A stretch of DNA of 64,000 bases from Bacteroidales bacterium (GTDB lineage: Bacteria; Bacteroidota; Bacteroidia; Bacteroidales; UBA932), in contig JAGCDF010000052.1 of the NCBI GenBank assembly GCA_017651225.1, positions 6,991 to 70,990 on the forward strand, read 5' to 3'. The first letter of the stretch is position 1. The number at the start of each line of letters is the position of its first letter. The notes under the pieces were generated by a model. That model saw nothing but the letters and a program-made list of their open reading frames with translations, had not been told where the DNA came from and made no database searches. Positions 10,401-18,775 of this stretch are shown here, in pieces. A program made the translations under genes and the position numbers.

Positions 10401-10641
10401 TGCTTCCTTCCTGCGTCTGAAGACTGCCCAGATCGGTTACACCCTGCCCGCGAAGTGGGTCAATGCCATTGCGATGAAGAGCGTGCGCGTGTACGTGGCC
10501 GGAGAGAATCTCCTCACCTTCACGAAGTACGACGGATTCGATCCGGAAATGGCCTCCGACGGTTACACCACCATCGGCGTGGACCGCGGCATCTACCCGC
10601 AGGCCCGCACCGTCACGGTCGGCGCTACCATCTCCTTCTAA
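7489..10641 (+). CDS. susC: SusC/RagA family TonB-dependent transporter
   Basis: Signal peptide, N-terminal extension domain, plug motif ILKDAASAAIYGARAANGVVLVTT, beta-barrel ending in F. Confidence 0.97.
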   Translation: MKKILSLILSAGLCLAAMAQGVPVSGVVVDSAGQPIVGAFVVERGTTNGTTTGLDGDFSIRATEGATLEVSCIGYESQNVTATGARALRVVLKDDAEMLEETVVIGYGVQKKSVVTASISKVDGDALNTVRASTINDALKGKVSGVQITQASGQPGSGSQIKIRGIGSVNNSDPLYIVDGMPVDGGIDYLNPTDIASVEILKDAASAAIYGARAANGVVLVTTRSGKKGQASVTYSGSFGWQNPWRKKEVLNATEYMVIMNEARINDGGTPLYSAAEIAAAGTGTDWQDQTFYYNAPITQHQLSVSGGTDKALYFVSVGYFNQAGIVGGNYGKSNYDRLTLRSNNTYVPFETESRNFLNKLTLTANIAYSNINSTGITTNSEFGSILGSAVAFNPAIPVFASEAEAAAILAAHPTAIVAADGRVYSLPPTGYQELTNPVANLDTPSNTLYKTHKFVANFSAELDILPGLKFKSSFGADLAFWRNRGYGFEQYKSSMNQTLTSWVNMGMNEGLRWQVENYFSYSKQLGKHYIAAVLGQSAMSYSYTYVSGTDYQLKESNPAMAYIDSAIGSTDDERTSGGTGGYDVQRLASYFFRFDYNFDERYMVEFTIRRDGSSRFGPGHKWATFPAASLGWNISNEPWFKNNRPGWIDQLKLRASWGKNGNENIGNFRYASLMDTGQEYYFGNEGTYGTMQPGSSPAALANPTIRWEESEQIDLGFDARLFNDRLTFGFDYYNKKTNGMLMDKPIPSYVGQGAPMSNLGDMRNWGYEFEIGWQQQVGDFHYAINANASLLRNRLINLGNESGEAVYQSNGASGVGDYVKGSNGEVWPYFYGMKTGGIFQNWAEVQAYKDKDGNLMQPSAQPGDVKFLDVNGDGYVNDNDRTKIGKGMPDWTYGITFSADWKGIDLNLFFQGSIGNQVFDYSMRGDIPAMNRPAWILDRWIGEGTSTRIPRLTNANPNQNWRSSDLWVKDASFLRLKTAQIGYTLPAKWVNAIAMKSVRVYVAGENLLTFTKYDGFDPEMASDGYTTIGVDRGIYPQARTVTVGATISF

Positions 10642-10660
10642 TCTTTAAATGCATAAGAAT

Positions 10661-12211
10661 ATGAAACTCTATAAGATTTTGGCGGTGGTCGCCGGGGCCC
10701 TGGTCCTGACCAGCTGCGGGGAGAAATTCCTTACCGCCCACACGACCCACCAGGGTGCGGCCGGTGCGGAAGCGACCGAGAGCGCCATCCTGTCCTATCT
10801 GACGGCGACCTACCAGCCGCTGCTGATGGACTCCTACGCGAATTACAACTACAACCATATCCTCCTGCTGTCCGACCTCCGCTCCGACGACATCTACAAG
10901 GGGGGCGGCGACGCCGGCGACCAGTCCTGGATGTATCACCTTTCCCTGTTCCAGATCCCGGCCGCAGAGAGCCCGAGCGGCATCTGGAGCCTCTACTACA
11001 CGGCCATCGCCCGTGCCAACAACACCCTGATGGCCATCGACAATGCCGTCGGCTTCGACTCCGACGCCGCCAAGCGCAAGCTGGCGCAGTACCGTGCCGA
11101 GGCGCTCTTCCTGCGTGCCTACTACCTGCACCACCTGTGGAAGCTCTACGGCAACATTCCTTTCTTCACCGAGCCCCTGGAGGATCCCTTCATGGCTCCG
11201 CAGAAGACCGCCGACGAGATTTACGCCTGCATCATGCAGGACATCGCGGACGCCGAGACGGCTGCCGCCCAGGCGGGCGATGAATTCCCGATGAGCACCA
11301 ACGGCACGGCCAAGCAGGCCCGCGCCAGCCTGGCAGCCCTCTACATGCTGAAGGCCCGCGTGGTGATGTACCAGAATGACCAGTCCAAGTTCGGCGAGGT
11401 CGCCGCCAACATGGCGAAGATCATCTCCAGCAACGCCTACCGTCTCATCAACTTCGATGACCTGTGGACGGGTGCGGACGAGAACGATTTCACCCCGGAG
11501 TCCATCTTCGAGACCAACCAGATCTCCGACGGCAAGCGCGACTGGGGTGCTGCCTGGACCGGCTGCGGAACCAACCTGCCGGCCTACATCTCCCCGAACG
11601 AGCTGAACGATCCGGTCTTCTGCGGCGGCTGGGGCTTCGGTCCCGTGCGTAAAGCCGCCTGGGATATGTATGAGGAAGGCGACGTGCGTCGCGAGGGTTC
11701 CATCAACAAGTTCGAAGACGGCACCTATGGCGCCCGCTTCCAGAACACCGGCCTCTTCCAGAAGAAGTACGCCGCCCGGACCGCCTTGCGTTCCGCCATC
11801 GGTACCGTGGACCTGAACTATCCGAACAACCTGATCCTCTTCCGCTATGCGGAGACCCTGCTCAACTATGCCGAGCTGGTGGGTGTGCGCGGTGCCGCCG
11901 CCGTTGACGGTGTCAGCGCCCAGGACTGCCTGGACGAGATCCGTCTCCGCGCCGGTCTGGGTTCCATCCCCGTGACCGAGGACAACATCAAGGCCGAGCG
12001 CCGCAAGGAATTCGTCGGCGAGGGCATGCGTTTCTGGGACCTGATCCGCTGGGGCGACGCCGCCACCGTGCTGACCGAGAAGGACGAGGCGTTCCAGAGC
12101 GTCCGCACCTTCAACCCGGAAAAGGACAAGTACCTGCCGATCCCTCAGAGCGAGATGAGCCGTACCGCCGGCACCGGCGAGTACGAGCTCAAGCAGAACA
12201 AAGGTTATTAA
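10661..12211 (+). CDS. susD: SusD/RagB family glycan-binding lipoprotein
   Basis: Lipobox LTSC; AEALFLRAYY, RYAETLLNYAE and ERRKEFVGEGMRFWDLIRWG motifs; follows susC. Confidence 0.96.
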   Translation: MKLYKILAVVAGALVLTSCGEKFLTAHTTHQGAAGAEATESAILSYLTATYQPLLMDSYANYNYNHILLLSDLRSDDIYKGGGDAGDQSWMYHLSLFQIPAAESPSGIWSLYYTAIARANNTLMAIDNAVGFDSDAAKRKLAQYRAEALFLRAYYLHHLWKLYGNIPFFTEPLEDPFMAPQKTADEIYACIMQDIADAETAAAQAGDEFPMSTNGTAKQARASLAALYMLKARVVMYQNDQSKFGEVAANMAKIISSNAYRLINFDDLWTGADENDFTPESIFETNQISDGKRDWGAAWTGCGTNLPAYISPNELNDPVFCGGWGFGPVRKAAWDMYEEGDVRREGSINKFEDGTYGARFQNTGLFQKKYAARTALRSAIGTVDLNYPNNLILFRYAETLLNYAELVGVRGAAAVDGVSAQDCLDEIRLRAGLGSIPVTEDNIKAERRKEFVGEGMRFWDLIRWGDAATVLTEKDEAFQSVRTFNPEKDKYLPIPQSEMSRTAGTGEYELKQNKGY

Positions 12212-12234
12212 TGGTTCCGTAAAAGCAATTGAAA

Positions 12235-13662
12235 ATGAAAAAGATACTTAATGCTATCCTCCTCCTCGCGTCGGCCGGGACGCTGCTGTTCTCCTGCCGT
12301 CCGATGGACCTGGATGCCCATAAGCTCGGCCCGGCCGTGTCGGAAGACCAGCTCGCGTTCACGTTCGCCCCTTCCGCCGCAACGCCGAATATCATCGAGC
12401 TTCAGAACACCTCCTCCGTGGCGGGTGTCGCCCTGTGGGACCTCGGCAATGGCACGACGGTCAAAGGCGACGCCGTGTCCGCCACCTACCCCTTTGCCGG
12501 TGAGTACACCGTGACGATGTCACTCTACACGACCGGCGGTTCCGCCACCATCTCCAAGGTGGTGACCATCAGCGCCGACGACTACGGCCTGCTGGATACC
12601 CCGGGCTTCAACGCCCTGACCGGCGGCGCCGACGCCACCGAAGGCAAGACCTGGGTCTTCGCCCGCTACACCAAGGGCCACTTCGGTGTCGGCGACGTGA
12701 ATGTCGCACCGGAGGTCAACGGTCCGGGCTGGTGGCAGTGCGATCCGGACGGAAAGAACGGCTGCTCGCTCTATGAGAATGAGTTCACCTTCATCCAGAA
12801 GGGCACGAAGCTCATCTGGAAGAACAAGGGCTACATCTACACCAACGAGAACGGTATGAATCACCTGGGCCAGGGTGGCACCCCGAACCCCGTCGTGGGC
12901 GACTACGACGTGCCCTACACCCCGGGCGAGGGCCTGGGCTTCTCCCTGGACGAAGAGGCGGGCAAGCTGACCCTGAAGGACGGCGCGTTCCTCGGCTTCT
13001 ACACCGGTGTGAGCGAGTACAGCATCATCACGCTCAACGAGCACCTGCTCTATGTCTGGTGCCGCAGCGCCGCCGAGCCCGGCAACGCCTGGTACTTCAT
13101 GTTTGTCCCGAAGGACGAGCTGAAGGAGCCGGAGGTTGAGCCGGTCGAGCCGAAACCGGAACCCGAACCGGCCTGGTTCCTTCCGGATGCCGAGACCAAC
13201 CTGCTGGGTGTCAGCGTGGACTACGAGAGCTGGTTCAGCGGAGCAGACTGGGCCGGTGGCCTCAACCCGGGCATCACCTTCAACAACGACATCAAGATCG
13301 TCGTGCCGGAAGGCATCGGCGGCGGCGAGTGGATGGGTCAGTTCAAGATCCACACCCTGGTGCCGGCCGGCGCCCGCGAGCGCTTTGACTTCTGCTGCAA
13401 GATCAGCTCCACGGAGGCCGGCACCGCCACGGTGAAGATGACCTCCGAGGACGACGGCGACGATTCCTTCTTCTACAACGGCAACGTGGAAGTCGCGGCC
13501 GGCGCGACCGTCACCTTCGAGGAGGCGGACCGCATGCTCTTCGACGGCACGGAAAGCATCCTGCTGGTCTTCGACTTCGGTCGCTTCCCGGCCGGCGCCG
13601 TGATCACGATCTCCGATCTCTGTCTGCAGAAACACATTCCGCTGAGCGAGAAACCGGAATAA
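12235..13662 (+). CDS. PKD-domain surface glycan-binding lipoprotein (SGBP-B-like)
   Basis: Lipobox LFSC; PKD motif WDLGNG...YPFAGEYTVT; Pro/Glu linker; C-terminal CBM-like beta-sandwich; follows susD. Confidence 0.8.
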   Translation: MKKILNAILLLASAGTLLFSCRPMDLDAHKLGPAVSEDQLAFTFAPSAATPNIIELQNTSSVAGVALWDLGNGTTVKGDAVSATYPFAGEYTVTMSLYTTGGSATISKVVTISADDYGLLDTPGFNALTGGADATEGKTWVFARYTKGHFGVGDVNVAPEVNGPGWWQCDPDGKNGCSLYENEFTFIQKGTKLIWKNKGYIYTNENGMNHLGQGGTPNPVVGDYDVPYTPGEGLGFSLDEEAGKLTLKDGAFLGFYTGVSEYSIITLNEHLLYVWCRSAAEPGNAWYFMFVPKDELKEPEVEPVEPKPEPEPAWFLPDAETNLLGVSVDYESWFSGADWAGGLNPGITFNNDIKIVVPEGIGGGEWMGQFKIHTLVPAGARERFDFCCKISSTEAGTATVKMTSEDDGDDSFFYNGNVEVAAGATVTFEEADRMLFDGTESILLVFDFGRFPAGAVITISDLCLQKHIPLSEKPE

Positions 13663-13697
13663 AAGAAAACATTGGTTATTTGGTTAAATAAGTGGTA

Positions 13698-15059
13698 ATG
13701 AGAATGTTGTCCCTGATTGCTTCCGCTTTGCTTCTGGTCGCTTGCGGCGACAAGGAGCCGGCTCCCGCGCCCGCTCCGGCCGCCACGATCGAGTTCAATC
13801 CCGGCACGCTGAGCGTCAGCCCGGAGGGTGGTGAGGCTTCTGTCCGCGTACAGGCTTCCGCCGTCTGGTCCGTGCTGACCGACGGGCAGGATTGGTACGA
13901 GCTGGGCTCGACTTCGCAGGTTTTCCGCGGAGAGAGCATCCTGCGCGTGAAAGCGGCGCCGAATGTGAGCGGAAGCAACCGGCGGGCCACGCTCCGCTTC
14001 GAGAGCGGGGAGGCTACGGCCACCCTGGAGCTGACGCAGGCGTTCTTCGTCCCGGAGCTGTCCTTCTCCCAGACCGACGTGTCGGGAGAAGGCGCCGGGG
14101 GCGAGGTCGTGGTGAAAACGACTGCGAATGCTTCGTGGCAGGCGGACGAGGGCGACATTCCCTTTTGGTTCAGCATCTCCCCCAAGACCATCGTCAAGGG
14201 GGAGGGCGAACTGAAGGTGGATTTCAACCGGAGCTACACGGCCGAGGCCCGCAGCGCGGAAGTCCATTTCCGCTGCGGCGACCAGGTCCGGACGCTCCAG
14301 GTTGTACAGAAGTCCGGCGAGCCGGTAGTCCCCGGGGCCTATGTCCCGGCGGGCTACCAGCTGGTCTGGCAAGATGACTTCTCCGGCACCTCGGCCGACC
14401 TCTCCTCGAACTGGCGTTTCGAGGACTGGGCGCCCGGGCGCGTGAACAACGAGCTGCAGCGCTATGTTCCCGACGACCGGCGGACTTCGTTCGTGCGCGA
14501 CGGGGCCCTGCACATCGTGGCCCGCAAAGATGGCGGGCAAGTCATTTCCGCGCGCATGAATTCCCGCGAATCCTGGCTCTACGGCTACGTCGAGGCGGCC
14601 ATTCGCCTCCCGAAAGGCAAGGGCACCTGGCCGGCATTCTGGATGATGCCGGACGATTTCTCCAAGGGTTGGCCGGGCTGCGGCGAAATCGACATCCTGG
14701 AAGAAGTGGGCACGAACGCCAACTACACTTCTTCCTCTATCCACTGCGAAGCGTACAACCATGTCAAGAACACCCAGAAGACGGCGGAACGCCTGACTCC
14801 GGGTGCCGAAGACGAATATCATACCTACGCCCTTGAGTGGACGGCGGACTTCATCCGGACCTACGTGGACGGAGAGAAGCTGCTGGAGTTCCGCAACGAC
14901 GGAAAGGGCGATGACCGCACCTGGCCGTTCAACAAGAAGTTCTACATCATCCTCAACCTCGCCTGGGGCGGGGACTGGGGCGGCATGAACGGTGTGGACG
15001 AAAGCGCGCTGCCCTGCACGATGCAGGTGGACTATGTGCGCGTATATAAAAAGCAATGA
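13698..15059 (+). CDS. GH16 endo-beta-1,3-glucanase (laminarinase-type) lipoprotein with two BACON-like domains
   Basis: Lipobox LVAC; two Ig/BACON-like repeats; WPAFWMM and catalytic GEIDILE motifs. Confidence 0.93.
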   Translation: MRMLSLIASALLLVACGDKEPAPAPAPAATIEFNPGTLSVSPEGGEASVRVQASAVWSVLTDGQDWYELGSTSQVFRGESILRVKAAPNVSGSNRRATLRFESGEATATLELTQAFFVPELSFSQTDVSGEGAGGEVVVKTTANASWQADEGDIPFWFSISPKTIVKGEGELKVDFNRSYTAEARSAEVHFRCGDQVRTLQVVQKSGEPVVPGAYVPAGYQLVWQDDFSGTSADLSSNWRFEDWAPGRVNNELQRYVPDDRRTSFVRDGALHIVARKDGGQVISARMNSRESWLYGYVEAAIRLPKGKGTWPAFWMMPDDFSKGWPGCGEIDILEEVGTNANYTSSSIHCEAYNHVKNTQKTAERLTPGAEDEYHTYALEWTADFIRTYVDGEKLLEFRNDGKGDDRTWPFNKKFYIILNLAWGGDWGGMNGVDESALPCTMQVDYVRVYKKQ

Positions 15060-17314
15060 CAACGAAGATGAAGACCATAAGAAGCTTTTTCCTGTGCGTG
15101 CTGACACTGGCCGCGGCCTCCTGCGGCCGCCCGCAGCAGGCCTCCACGACGGGCTCGACGCCGGCCGTGGAACAGCGCGTGGATGCGCTGCTTGCCCGAA
15201 TGACCCTTGCCGAGAAGATCGGCCAGATGAACCAGGTGTCCGCCGGGAGCGATGTTTCCAATTACTCCGATGCCGTACGCAACGGCCAGATCGGCTCCAT
15301 CCTCAATGAGGTGGATCCGGTGCGGATCAACGAATTCCAGCGCATTGCGGTGGAGGAGTCCCGGCTCGGCATCCCCCTGCTGGTGGGCCGCGACGTGATC
15401 CATGGTTTCCATACCGTGTTCCCGATCCCCCTGGGCCTGGCCGCGACATTTGATCCAGCGCTCGTGGAAGAGGGCGCGCGCGTCGCTTCCGTGGAGGCGA
15501 CGGCGCAGGGCATCCGCTGGACTTTCTCCCCGATGCTCGACATCGCCAGGGATCCCCGCTGGGGCCGGATCGCAGAGGGCAGCGGCGAGGACACGTACCT
15601 GGACGCCCGCATGGGCGAAGCCATGGTGCGGGGCTACCAGGGCACGCTCCAGGACAGCACCACGATGGCCGCCTGCATCAAACATTTCGTGGGCTACGGC
15701 GCCGCCGAGGGCGGGCGCGACTACAACAGCACCTTCCTCACCGAGCGTCAGCTTCGCAATGTCTATCTCCCGCCTTTCGAAGCGGCGGCGAAGGCCGGCG
15801 CGCTGACCCTGATGACTTCGTTCAACGACAACGACGGCGTCCCTTCGACGGGCAACCGCTTCATCCTCAAGGACATTCTGCGGGATGAGTGGGGCTTCGA
15901 CGGGATGGTGGTGACCGACTGGAACTCCATGGGCGAGATGATCTCGCACGGCTACGGCGCGGACCGCAAGGAAGTGGCCCGCCAGGCGCTGGAGGCCGGT
16001 GTGGACATGGACATGATGACTTACGGATTCATTTCCCACCTCGAGGAGCTGGTACGCAGCGGCGCGGTGCGGGAATCCGCCATTAACGCAGCGGTACGGA
16101 ACATCCTGCGCGTCAAGATCCTGCTCGGCCTCTTCGAGCATCCCTACGTGGATGCCGCTGCCGCAGAGGCGGTGCAGTATGCGCCGGCGCATCTCGACGC
16201 CGCGCGCCGCACGGCAGAGGAGTCGGCCATTCTGCTCAAGAATACGGGCATCCTGCCTCTTGACGCGGCACGTACCGGACGTATCCTGGTGACGGGTCCG
16301 ATGGCCGACGCCCCGCACGACCAGCTCGGCACCTGGGCTTTCGACGGACAGAAGCAGCATACGGTCACGCCGCTCGCGGCGCTCCGGGACCGTTTCCCGG
16401 GCCGGGTGGACTATGTCCCCGGCCTGACGTACAGTCGCGAGAAGAAGAGCCGTTTCGACGAGGTGGTCGCTGCGGCGCGCCGCGCAGACGTCGTTCTGGT
16501 CTTCCTCGGCGAAGAAGCCATCCTTTCCGGCGAGGCGCACAGCCTGGCCGACCTGAACCTGATCGGCTCGCAGAGCGAGCTGCTCGCCGCCCTGCGCAGC
16601 GCCGGCAAGCCGGTGGTCGCCACCGTGATGGCCGGCCGCCCGCTCACCATCGAGCGCGACCTGCCGAACTGCGACGCGATGCTCTACGCGTTCCATCCCG
16701 GCACGATGGGCGGCCCGGCGCTGACGAATCTCATTTTCGGCGACGCCACCCCGTCCGGCAAGACGCCGATCACCTTCCTGCGCACCGTCGGCCAGGCGCC
16801 GATGTACTACGCGCACAACATGACCGGCCGTCCCTACGGCGGCGAAACCCTCCTGGAAGGCATCGAGGCCGAGGCCGGACAGACCTCCCTGGGCAACACC
16901 TCCTACTACCTCGATTACGGCGCCTATCCGCTGTTCCCCTTCGGCTATGGCCTGAGCTACACCGAATTTGCCTATACCGACCTGGCGCTCGACGCTGCTT
17001 CCTACCGCCGCGACGGCACGATCGGCGTGTCCTTCACGCTCAGCAACACGGGCAAGCGTGCCGGGACCGAAGTCTGGCAGCTTTACGTGCGGGACCTGGT
17101 GGGTTCGCTGACCCGTCCGGTCAAGGAACTCAAGCGCTTCGGCCGCGTGACGCTGCAGGCCGGCGAGAGCCGCCGCATAGAGATTGAACTGCCTGTCAGC
17201 GAACTCGCATTCTGGGGCGCCGACGGCGTGAAGCAGGTCGAACCGGGCGATTTCCAGCTGTGGGTCGCGGGAGACAGCGCCTCCGGCGAACCGCTCGCCT
17301 TCAAGGTACAGTAA
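15056..17314 (+). CDS. GH3 beta-glucosidase (BglX-like)
   Basis: MTLAEKIGQ, RDPRWGR, IKHFVGYG, VVTDW (nucleophile Asp), FPFGYGLSY and an FnIII-like tail. The true start could be 15068. Confidence 0.95.
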   Translation: MTTKMKTIRSFFLCVLTLAAASCGRPQQASTTGSTPAVEQRVDALLARMTLAEKIGQMNQVSAGSDVSNYSDAVRNGQIGSILNEVDPVRINEFQRIAVEESRLGIPLLVGRDVIHGFHTVFPIPLGLAATFDPALVEEGARVASVEATAQGIRWTFSPMLDIARDPRWGRIAEGSGEDTYLDARMGEAMVRGYQGTLQDSTTMAACIKHFVGYGAAEGGRDYNSTFLTERQLRNVYLPPFEAAAKAGALTLMTSFNDNDGVPSTGNRFILKDILRDEWGFDGMVVTDWNSMGEMISHGYGADRKEVARQALEAGVDMDMMTYGFISHLEELVRSGAVRESAINAAVRNILRVKILLGLFEHPYVDAAAAEAVQYAPAHLDAARRTAEESAILLKNTGILPLDAARTGRILVTGPMADAPHDQLGTWAFDGQKQHTVTPLAALRDRFPGRVDYVPGLTYSREKKSRFDEVVAAARRADVVLVFLGEEAILSGEAHSLADLNLIGSQSELLAALRSAGKPVVATVMAGRPLTIERDLPNCDAMLYAFHPGTMGGPALTNLIFGDATPSGKTPITFLRTVGQAPMYYAHNMTGRPYGGETLLEGIEAEAGQTSLGNTSYYLDYGAYPLFPFGYGLSYTEFAYTDLALDAASYRRDGTIGVSFTLSNTGKRAGTEVWQLYVRDLVGSLTRPVKELKRFGRVTLQAGESRRIEIELPVSELAFWGADGVKQVEPGDFQLWVAGDSASGEPLAFKVQ

Positions 17315-17318
17315 TCCC

Positions 17319-18770
17319 ATGCGGATGAATGCGCTGCTGTCCCTGCTCCTGCTGGCGCTGAGCGCCTGCCAGGGTGCCGTCCGGCCGGAGCCGGAGCCGG
17401 TGGCCGAAGCCACGGTCTACACCACCTCTGCGGGCGGCCTGCGTTTCGCCGAGAGCCGGGTTCCGCTGATGCGTCCCGGCACGGCGGCCGCCTACCGGGT
17501 CCTGCTGAACGGCAAGTCCTTCCAGTCCGTGGACGGATTCGGCCTTGCCATCACGCAGGCAAGCTGTTACAATCTGCTGAAAATGAGTCCCGTCGACCGG
17601 ACGGCCTTCCTGACGGAAGTCTTCGACCGGGAGCGCGGGATGGGATCCTCGCTCATCCGCGTCTGCATCGGCGGGTCCGACTTCTCGATGGACGAATTCA
17701 CCTGGTGCGACGAACCAGGGCTGGAGCACTTCGCCGTACATCCGCTGGATGAGCAGTACCTGTTCCCCGTCCTGGACGAGATATTCGCCATCAACCCCGA
17801 CGTGCAGATCATTGCCTCCCCCTGGAGCGCCCCGCTCTGGATGAAGGTCGGCGAGGACGGCCGGACGCCGCATAATCAGTGGTTTGCCGGCCACCTTGGC
17901 GAGGCGTACTACCAGGACTACGCGAAGTACTTTGTACGCTGGATCCAGGAGATGGAGCGCCGAGGCTACCCGATCATGGCCGTGACCCTGCAGAACGAGC
18001 CGCTGAACCGCGGCAACTCCATGTCCACCTACATGTCCTGGCAGGAACAGAGCAATTTCATCAAGTGGGCCATCGGCCCGGCTTTCGCTGCCGCCGGCCT
18101 GAAGACGAAGGTGCTGGTCTTCGACCACAACTACAGCTACGACGGCGATTCCGGCCAGCAAGACTACCCGGTCCACATCTTCGAGGATCCGGAGGCGGGC
18201 CGCTACGTGCAGGGGTCCGCCTGGCACAACTACGGCGGCAACGTATCCGTCCTGGACGGCGTTCATGCCCGTTTCCCGGACAAAGAAATCTATTTCACGG
18301 AGGCGTCGATCGGCACCTGGAACTACAGTTTCGAGGATTGTCTGATCAACGATTTCCGGGACGTGTTCCTGGGCACGCTGGGCCGCTGGGGCAAGGGCGT
18401 GACCCTGTGGAACCTGATGCTGGACTACCAGGGCAAACCCTTCCGGCCGCGCGGGTGCAGCACCTGCTATGGCGCGGTGTCCATCGATGCATCGGATTAT
18501 TCGCTGAACTCGGTGGTGCGCAACTCGCACTACTACGACGTCGCGCACTGCTCGAAAGTGCTGCAGCCCGGAGCCGTCCGCTTAGGGACATCGGGTTATT
18601 CGGCGGCAGGACTGACCTACCAGCTCTACCGCAATCCGGACGGCTCCTATGCGGCGCTGATCCTCAACGAGACCGGCTCTGACGCGCTGCTCAATTTCGT
18701 CACCGACAGCTACGCCGTCGCCTGCCGCATCCCGCCCCGCGCCATCCAGTCCGTCACCTGGTCGGAATAA
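17319..18770 (+). CDS. GH30 glycosidase, probable endo-beta-1,6-glucanase
   Basis: Lipobox LSAC; GFGLAIT, ASPWSAPLWMK, TLQNEP (acid/base) and YFTE (nucleophile); context with GH16 and GH3. Confidence 0.88.
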   Translation: MRMNALLSLLLLALSACQGAVRPEPEPVAEATVYTTSAGGLRFAESRVPLMRPGTAAAYRVLLNGKSFQSVDGFGLAITQASCYNLLKMSPVDRTAFLTEVFDRERGMGSSLIRVCIGGSDFSMDEFTWCDEPGLEHFAVHPLDEQYLFPVLDEIFAINPDVQIIASPWSAPLWMKVGEDGRTPHNQWFAGHLGEAYYQDYAKYFVRWIQEMERRGYPIMAVTLQNEPLNRGNSMSTYMSWQEQSNFIKWAIGPAFAAAGLKTKVLVFDHNYSYDGDSGQQDYPVHIFEDPEAGRYVQGSAWHNYGGNVSVLDGVHARFPDKEIYFTEASIGTWNYSFEDCLINDFRDVFLGTLGRWGKGVTLWNLMLDYQGKPFRPRGCSTCYGAVSIDASDYSLNSVVRNSHYYDVAHCSKVLQPGAVRLGTSGYSAAGLTYQLYRNPDGSYAALILNETGSDALLNFVTDSYAVACRIPPRAIQSVTWSE

Positions 18771-18775
18771 AGCTC

